From Octopus vulgaris (taxonomy: Eukaryota): a stretch of 64,000 nucleotides of DNA. Both the position numbers and the translations under genes were made by a program. The notes below the pieces were generated by a model. It ran no database searches, was not told the origin of the DNA, and worked only from the letters and a program-made list of their open reading frames with translations. Below are positions 57,843-64,000 of the stretch, piece after piece; position 1 is the first letter of the stretch, and every line of letters begins with the position of its first letter. Location of the stretch: assembly GCA_951406725.2 (NCBI GenBank), contig OX597819.1:46252001-46316000 (forward strand), read 5' to 3'.

Positions 57843-57962
57843 TGAAGGACTCTCCCTCTTTATTCTACTTTATTTATGTCCAGATCTTTCTAAGTATACT
57901 CATCCTCGTTTGAAAACTTCCCTTGTTATCTTCCTCCTCTCCCAGCCTAATTTCCCTCAGTC
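57843..57962. repeat. Interspersed repeat also present at 60853-60972
   Basis: gactctccctctttattc...tgtccagatctttctaa...ccttgttatct.cctcctctc is shared by both. Confidence 0.8.
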
Positions 57963-58859
57963 TTTATTAAGCCTACCTCTCAGAGACAGTTCGTACCTCT
58001 TTCATTCTTTTTATCCCACTCTTTGGCTCCTTTCTCTGTTCTTTCTCCCCTCTCATTCATCTTAAGCAGCCTTAGCTTTAAACACTGCATATCTTTTATA
58101 TCTCCCCCCTCCTTCTCTATATGACAAATAAATATGCATTCCTTATCTTTACGTCATTGTTTCTTTCTCCCTCCTCTCTCTGTCTCCCTGTCTTTCATTT
58201 TGCACCCTTATCTCCTTCATTTTCTTTCTCCCGCTACTCTTCTGCATTTCCATTCTATCTTTTATATCTCTTTAGAGACACCTCAAGGCTTTCTCTCTAT
58301 CTAACGCTCTCATCTCCATCTACTTTTCCCCCTTTCTCCACCATACTCGAACTTTCTAAACTCACAGAATCTATACAACCCTAAATCACTCTCATATTCG
58401 ATTCAAAATCTCAACGTATCCCTTTAGCTTTTCCTTCACCATATCTCTTTCCCTAGCTCGGCTCACATCACCTCCAACATCGTCGACACGTAAAACGCTC
58501 ACTTAGTCAATTACACCAACGGCGGCAATCTATACTTTTGAGCTTCAAATCTTTCACCAAACATCCAGTGTTTGAACAGTTAATCCAACACGGAGACTAC
58601 GGAACAGGGTAAATGGCACTCGACTATTCGACTATTAATTCATGGCCGTCTTCTCAGTTTCGATCAAGTGATTATATTACAGAGTCCAGACGTAGTCTGT
58701 GTTTGTTTACGCACACGTCACTCTGTGTTTATAAACAGGGAAATACAAATACGCGTACATATGCGTTTATGTAGGCACACACAACCACATACATACACAC
58801 ATATGTATAATTGAAGCACATATGCATACATACTCGAATATATAATACACGCACACAGA

Positions 58860-58907
<48 letters not shown>

Positions 58908-58993
58908 TACACACTCATACACACACCATATATATATGTGTGCACAAGCGTTTTATATATAGATAGATGAATTGATAAATAGATAGATAGATA

Positions 58994-59281
58994 AGTTTCT
59001 TTATTGGCCACACAGGGCTGCACACAGATGGGACAAGTTACAAGGTAGAGCTTTTCTTTTGGGGGATGAAAATAGATAGATAGATATGTTTCTTTATTAG
59101 CCACACAGGGCTGCACACAGATAGAACAAATTACAAGGTAGAGCTTTTCTTTTGAAGGTTTAAAAAAAAAAAAAAAAAAAAAAGGAAGGGGGAGTTTCGA
59201 TCAAAAGGGATCGTAAAAGGAGAGAAAGAGGACAAAAAAAAGGGGGTTAAAAAAAAGGGGGAGAGGAAAAAAAATTGATCA

Positions 59282-59285
<4 letters not shown>
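58994..59285 (-). mobile_element. Tandem LINE 3'-end fragments in (GATA)n
   Basis: gtttctttattggccacacagggctgcacacagat...agagcttttctttt occurs at 58994 and 59088, each after GATA repeats; longer copy at 61092. Confidence 0.75.
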
Positions 59286-59379
<94 letters not shown>

Positions 59380-59544
59380 CTACATATATACATCATGTAT
59401 ACATGTATATATAGTGGGATGAATATATAACGGATACCGTAAGAGCTCAACTGTTAAATTAACAGAAAATTTTGAAGATGTACCAGTCTCCGTATCTCTA
59501 ATTGTTTTGGATTTACACTCCTGAATACAAACACACACACACAA

Positions 59545-59623
<79 letters not shown>

Positions 59624-60364
59624 CTCACACAAACACACACAAACACGCATATAGGTACGCACACGCGTGCACATACATACACGTGTACATATATGTATGT
59701 TTATTTTCGATTGTACGTATGTATGTATGTATGTATGTATGTATGTATGTATGTATGTATGTATGTATGTATGTATGTACGTACGTATGTATGTATGTAT
59801 GTATGTATGTATGTATGTATGTATGTATGTATGTATAAGGTAAATTCTCGAATAATATTCCAGGCTGCACCTCGAGGAAGAACTTAAAACGTAGTAATGT
59901 AGAAGGTATAATTATTTATTTAAAAGATATAACCTAACTTGACTTTTATATTTCATGCGGATGAAATTTTGTGAAGGTGTCTCAGGTGATATATGACTGG
60001 TGAACAATTAGGGTTTTCATTCCATTCAGCCTTTTCCTTTTAATTACGTGGTTGTTTCCACCCAACCCACCTTGGTATTTATAAAATTTTAATTGTTGGC
60101 AATGCAATCTTAATTACGTTTTATGAAGGCTGCAGCACCGGAATTCTAGGAAGGTCATGGGCCCCTCATCAACAATATAATTTTGTCATATTCATTAAGG
60201 AACAGAATCACACTTTTCGGCGCACACCCGAGGCAATGAACACAAAAACTGTGACCTGAATGTTGGTGCCTTTCTTTTTGCAGGTGTTGTTTAAGTAGGA
60301 GGTGCTTGGAAAGGTGTTATAAATATTTTCTTTTAAGCTTTATTCGTTTTGTTTGATTTTCTTG

Positions 60365-60717
60365 TTACCTCCGCCTTAGCGAAGGCAGAGTTATACTTTG
60401 CAGTCGTGTTTGTTTGTTTGTCCGTGGACAAGATATCTCAAGTACCGCTGGATGGATTAGAATGAAACTTTCAGGGTTGTTTGGTCTCGTGACAGGCACA
60501 AACTGATTTGATTTTGAGACCGATCCGGTACCGGACAAGGATTCTGAATTATTTTTCCTGTTTTTTTCCTTACTTTTTGAGAGCGGTCGGATTCAGTTTT
60601 AGTATTCCCGTTTGTGAGAACAGTCGAGTTTAACCCTAAAAATCATCTCTGGCTAATCGTTGAGAAGACGTTGGTGTTGCCTTGGCGGAAGTTTGCGCTC
60701 TCTGAGTTCTCTTGTTA
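60365..60717 (+). mobile_element. Complete HINE/DINE-1-like element
   Basis: 5' acctccgcctt/aaggcagag stem, (GTTT)n, core, 3' ccttggcggaagt plus hairpin, TT flanks. Confidence 0.8.
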
Positions 60718-60852
60718 TATTTTGTTTCGTTGTTGTTGTTTTCGACTTATTTTGATTCTCAGCGATTGCCTATGGGATTGTATAAAGGTTTGGAAATTGT
60801 TAGATTAGCTGAAACTTTTTGATTCTATGTCTTATTCTCTTCCTCGGCCTGC

Positions 60853-60972
60853 ATGAACGACTCTTCCTCTTTATTCAACCTTCTATGTGTCCAGATCTTT
60901 CTAAACATACACTTCATCCTTTCAAAACTCTCCTTGTTATCTACCTCCTCTCTTAACCTAATCTCTTTCAGT
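60853..60972. repeat. Interspersed repeat also present at 57843-57962
   Basis: Direct similarity, see partner. Confidence 0.8.
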
Positions 60973-61091
60973 TTCTTTTGTCTACCTGACGTATTGAGAA
61001 AGTTATTTCGTAAAATTAACGCTTGGAATTTATGCCAACCACTGGTATAGTGGAGTACTATCCACAAATCGTTGCATTGTGATATGTAGAA

Positions 61092-61400
61092 GTTTCTTTA
61101 TTAGCCACACAGAGATGAACACAGAGGGGACAAATTACAAAGCAGAGCTTTTCTTTTTGGGGAGAAAAAAAAGAGGTGGTAGGTTTTCGATCAAAAGGAA
61201 TCGTAAAAACAAACGATCAATAGGGATCGTGTATCACAGAAATGTCATGATGTAAAGTGTAAAGGGGGAAACAGATAAGGTTTATCCGTGGAAAGAAAAG
61301 CATACGGAAAAGACCACGGTAACCTCGGTCAATTATGTCACATGTTAACACATTTATTTGCAAGTAAGAGTAAGTAACTCTCTGTTTTAAATTTTTCCGG
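61092..61400 (-). mobile_element. LINE 3' UTR fragment
   Basis: Ends tgtccccctctgtgttcatctctgtgtggctaataaagaaac on the minus strand; same family as 58994. Confidence 0.7.
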
Positions 61401-61503
61401 GTTTATGCTCAAAGTGGCTTCATCATTGCTACATTCTTGCTACATTCACCCATCTTTTTTTGAAACACTCGCTAGACAAAACTTGCCTCTACTCTCATGT
61501 ATA

Positions 61504-61552
<49 letters not shown>

Positions 61553-61844
61553 GGATGTGCGTATTTTTCCCTTGTTTACAATTAACACGGCAAAAATAAA
61601 TAAACAGTTACCACGGTAGCAACAAATCACACAAGTAATAAGGACGTAACAGCCTGTTTGTAAAGGTAGAAACTCCGACTTGCTGTGAAATATTTTGTAT
61701 AGTATATATAAATATATAAATGTAATTAAACACAGGTGTTATTCAAATTCGTTTTTGAATTACACTTGCGTTTAACTCCATTTATATATATATATTTATT
61801 ATTATCATTATTATTATTATTATAATTATTAATAATAATAATAA

Positions 61845-61968
<124 letters not shown>

Positions 61969-62074
61969 TGGTAAAATTAATTAATCAATTAATAATTAAT
62001 AATTTTACCAAGTAGTTCGGTATGTTAAAAGAACCATTATCGGTCACCTTATACAAAAATTCTATATATACAAA

Positions 62075-62235
62075 AGGCTTATTTCAGTTTCCTTCAATGA
62101 AATCCATTCATGAGGCTTTGGTCGGCCCCCGGCTATAGTAGAAGACACTTGCCCAAGGTTCCACACTGTGGGACTGAACCCGGTACAATATGGTTGCGCA
62201 GTAAGCTTCTTACCACACAGCCATACCTGCGCTTA
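62075..62235 (-). mobile_element. SINE family B head
   Basis: Consensus match. Confidence 0.88.
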
Positions 62236-62679
62236 TGTCTTTATGGAATTTTAAAATTTGGATTGTAAATGTTTTTGCGCACGAATCTCTCTATTGTTTG
62301 TTTCTTCTAAAGCTGTTGACACGTTTCAAAATCTTGGGTAAGGATATCTGGATATTCTGTCGCTGTTGATGCCACCACTATGGCACATATCCCTTCCGAC
62401 AACAACTGACGTGACTATTTTGAAATGCAAACGGAATTACAAATGACCGTCTGCACTGTTAAAACAAAATTGTCAATACAAAACTTTTTTTTTTTTTTTC
62501 CATTGCTGGAAAATGGGTCGGATATTTAATAATCCTAAAAGCCGGCTTGTCAATAGTCCAGAATGAAGAATGAACAGGAAAAAAAACCCGGAACTCCATT
62601 TTATTCTTTTTTGTCACAAGTAATCCATGATAAATCGCTTTGTAAGCGGGGTATCTCTGAACGCGTGTGTCCACACAAA

Positions 62680-62729
62680 GCAGCAACAACAGCAATAACA
62701 ACAATAACAGTAGCAGCAGCAGCGACGAC

Positions 62730-62792
<63 letters not shown>

Positions 62793-62898
62793 GGTGGTGG
62801 TGGTGGTGGTGGTGGTAGTGGTTGTTGTAGTGGTTCTAGCAGCAGCAGCAGTGGCGGCAACAGCGGCAGTAGGTGTAGTAGCAGCAGTAATTATTGTT

Positions 62899-62948
<50 letters not shown>

Positions 62949-63035
62949 TTACAGCAATTCGAGTAGCAGCGGCAGTAAAAGCAACGGCAGCATCACCACC
63001 ACCACCAGCAGCAACGGTGACCAATAACAACAGCA
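62680..63035. repeat. Trinucleotide mosaic (GTA)n, (GTG)n, (GCA)n
   Basis: Directly visible. Confidence 0.92.
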
Positions 63036-63644
63036 TTTAAAAGAAGAACAATTGTAGAAGACTCGTAGAACAACGCAACACTCCAGAAGAATAATTCCTA
63101 CGCTACAATCAATACAATCATCCAATACATTATAGAATTCGGCCATAACAGAACCACATATCCGAAATGCTCACATAAGCGTACATACTTCTTCACTCTA
63201 TCTCTGTAATCTCGAATTCTGAAATCTCGCAGTGCGCCGAGGTTGAGCTCAGCCTACTGCACGCCTCGTCGGAATATGTTATTGTAACCGAAACGAAGCG
63301 AAAAATTAGAAAATAAATACTTAAATACATAAATAAATAATTAAATAAATAAATAAATAGATAATTGGTTGCTCCATATTCAGTATCGGAAGCTTCAACG
63401 TGGCGCCAGAGAGGTCATCGACCAGCTACACAGCGCTACCACCGACAAAGCAACAACAGCCAAACTAGGAAGTACCCCGTCAACTATAAACACAATGGGA
63501 GAGACAGATCACACGAAAAGAAACAACAACAGCAGCACCGAGGCCAAGTACACGAAACGCAAACAATAGCAAGTTCATCGTTGTCAATAGTAGCAACCGG
63601 GAATTGAGGAATCATTTAATGGCGTTGTAATTGTTTCAGTTATT

Positions 63645-63830
63645 AGATTGCGACCATGCTGGGGCACTGCCTTAAAGAATTTTAGTCGAACGTCCCCGGT
63701 TCTTATTTCTATCTTTATTCAATCGGCCATTTTTTTTTTTTTTGCTGCAACGTTACGTTACGGAGACTTAAGCACACCAACAGAAATAGTCAAGCAATGG
63801 TAGGGGATAAAAACAGACACAGAGACGTAC
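63645..63830 (-). mobile_element. SINE family B tail fragment
   Basis: gcgaccatgctggggcactgcctt...gttacggagact matches the reverse complement of the family B tail. Confidence 0.7.
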
Positions 63831-63876
63831 TCATATAAATATATACTTTTTCTATCTCCGTTTTTCCCCTCTTAAT

Positions 63877-63914
63877 CCTTTCTGCTGAAGAGCGTAGGCT
63901 CGAAACGTAAAAGG
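63877..63914 (+). ncRNA. Minimal hammerhead-like motif with variant core (CUGCUGA)
   Basis: ccttt-CTGCTGA-a-gagc-gtag-gctc-GAAA-cg-ta-aaagg; stems I and II pair perfectly. Confidence 0.6.
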
Positions 63915-64000
63915 CTTTTCCATTTTTCCTGGGCGTTAAACAAATACACGTGCTTGTTGTTCCTACGCCTATCTTCGTCTTTTGTTTTCTATAAATTTGA

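Overview
Repeat-saturated, AT-rich eukaryotic non-coding DNA. The SINE families and microsatellite load suggest a cephalopod (Octopus-like) genome; this is inference from recognition, not a database result. No intact protein-coding gene is supported, and nearly all listed ORFs are translated microsatellites. The window holds dozens of tRNA-derived SINE copies in about four families, decayed R4/Dong-type RLE retrotransposon fragments in (TAA)n and (CATA)n tracts, LINE 3' ends encoding three C2H2 fingers, an internally deleted mariner, Helentron-associated (HINE-like) elements and a duplicated 14-bp minisatellite. The most notable feature is at 35527-37534: a near-identical 534-bp tandem array, each unit carrying a type I minimal hammerhead ribozyme (CUGAAGA...GAAA, GUC site, palindromic AAUU stem III loop). 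It is capped by a ~216-bp inverted arm and sits in (TA)n, consistent with a non-coding retrozyme or Penelope-pLTR element that could make ~534-nt circular RNAs. Related palindromes and degenerate or variant hammerheads occur at about 12.6, 16.7, 26.0, 33.7, 51.8 and 63.9 kb.
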